In this document: piece by piece, positions 63,154-64,000 of the stretch
How positions within the stretch are numbered: the first letter of the stretch is position 1
Layout of the letters: each line of letters starts with the position of its first letter
Origin: Haliotis rubra
Lineage: Eukaryota
NCBI RefSeq assembly: GCF_003918875.1
Contig: NW_025765004.1
Span: 62,001 to 126,000, forward strand
DNA length: 64,000 bases
Direction: 5' to 3'
The notes under the pieces: model-generated
What the model was told of the DNA's origin: nothing
Databases searched by the model: none
The model's input: the letters and a program-made list of their open reading frames with translations, nothing else
Position numbers and translations under genes: made by a program

Positions 63154-63289
63154 CTGCAATAACAGGATATACAACATATACAACAACCTCCACACCAATA
63201 CCTTGCCCATGACAGATATATGTGAGGTGAGGTGAAATTGGGTCTAACGTGGTGCTTGAGAATATGTCACTCATATGACGACGTGCATG

Positions 63290-63573
63290 CGTATGTGTAT
63301 GTGCGGCTGCTTGTACTAGCCCAGTCTGAAGCTGGTTTTATAGTGCTAGCCCACTGAGATACCATGCCGCAGTGAAGCATGAATACCCCACTCAGACACA
63401 TTATACTGACTCCGAGCCGACCAGTCCTTGTTGTACCCATTAATGCCGAGCGCCAGGCAGGGACCAACAAGTACCATATTTTAACGTCTTTTGGTATGAC
63501 GCGGTTGGGGATCGAACCCGCAACCTTCTGCTCTCCAGGCGGACGCTCTAACCACTACACCACGGAGGCAGTC
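63290..63573 (-). mobile_element. tRNA-derived SINE with Meta-like domain
   Basis: Head CCGTGGTGTAGTGGTTAGAGCG...GGTTCGATCCCC, then GTCATACCAAAAGACGTTAAAATATGGTAC...CCCTGCCTGGCGCTC. Confidence 0.8.
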
Positions 63574-64000
63574 ACAGATATAAGTCTTGGAAGTGTACAT
63601 ATGTCATGTTAATAAAGGTGTAAGCAATTCTCAACAATTCCAAGATATACCCTTAGTTACATTTCAAATCTACAGTGAAACTGCCAGTGAACTAAATGAG
63701 GGACAGAAGATTTAGCAGTAAGGCTGAATGAAGGCATTCGAAAATGTTAATGGCTTTCTTATGGATGTGAATTGTCTAGGCTGTGATTGCCTGAGTGGCA
63801 ACAATCCTCCTGAGCTACAGATCCCCTGAACACAATGTTAAAAATTGCTTCATTATTCTGTTAACCTGAATTATACACTGCCTGAGGTACAAACACTGTG
63901 TTTCAAACATCAACCAAACAATATGTTTCAAAACAAGACAGACTCACTCTGAACTAAACTACAAAATGAAACCTGAATATAATTCTCAACTGATGGCCAA

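Overview
Eukaryotic, AT-rich, intron-containing DNA, most likely molluscan. The SINE families resemble gastropod/abalone ones, but that is an inference. It has two assembly gaps. (1) A 72-bp satellite occupies 1-1045. (2) A non-autonomous Polinton/Maverick derivative spans 2799-12930, with ~300-bp TIRs starting AGTAGT and a 6-bp CATGTC TSD. Its A32-like packaging ATPase is split by a 5.5-kb ISL2EU-type transposon (6512-12020). That transposon carries a THAP-HTH-DDE transposase gene and a SWIM-YqaJ exonuclease gene on opposite strands, each with a catalytic exon inside an intron of the other. The ATPase frame is restored only if the insertion made no target-site duplication. (3) From ~15 to 60 kb lies a cluster of at least five MEGF10/SREC/Draper-like multi-EGF receptor genes plus decayed remnants. 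One is complete (29715-32074, 500 aa). Each ectodomain sits in a single exon, and the two cytoplasmic tails that can be read share tyrosine motifs. (4) A ~5.1-kb tandem duplication has a LINE in only one copy and a 32-bp satellite in both. (5) There are also a Tc1 element, LINE fragments, MITEs, many tRNA-derived SINEs and a probable last exon of an Amun-like gene. Gene models and family assignments were read by eye, with no database searches.
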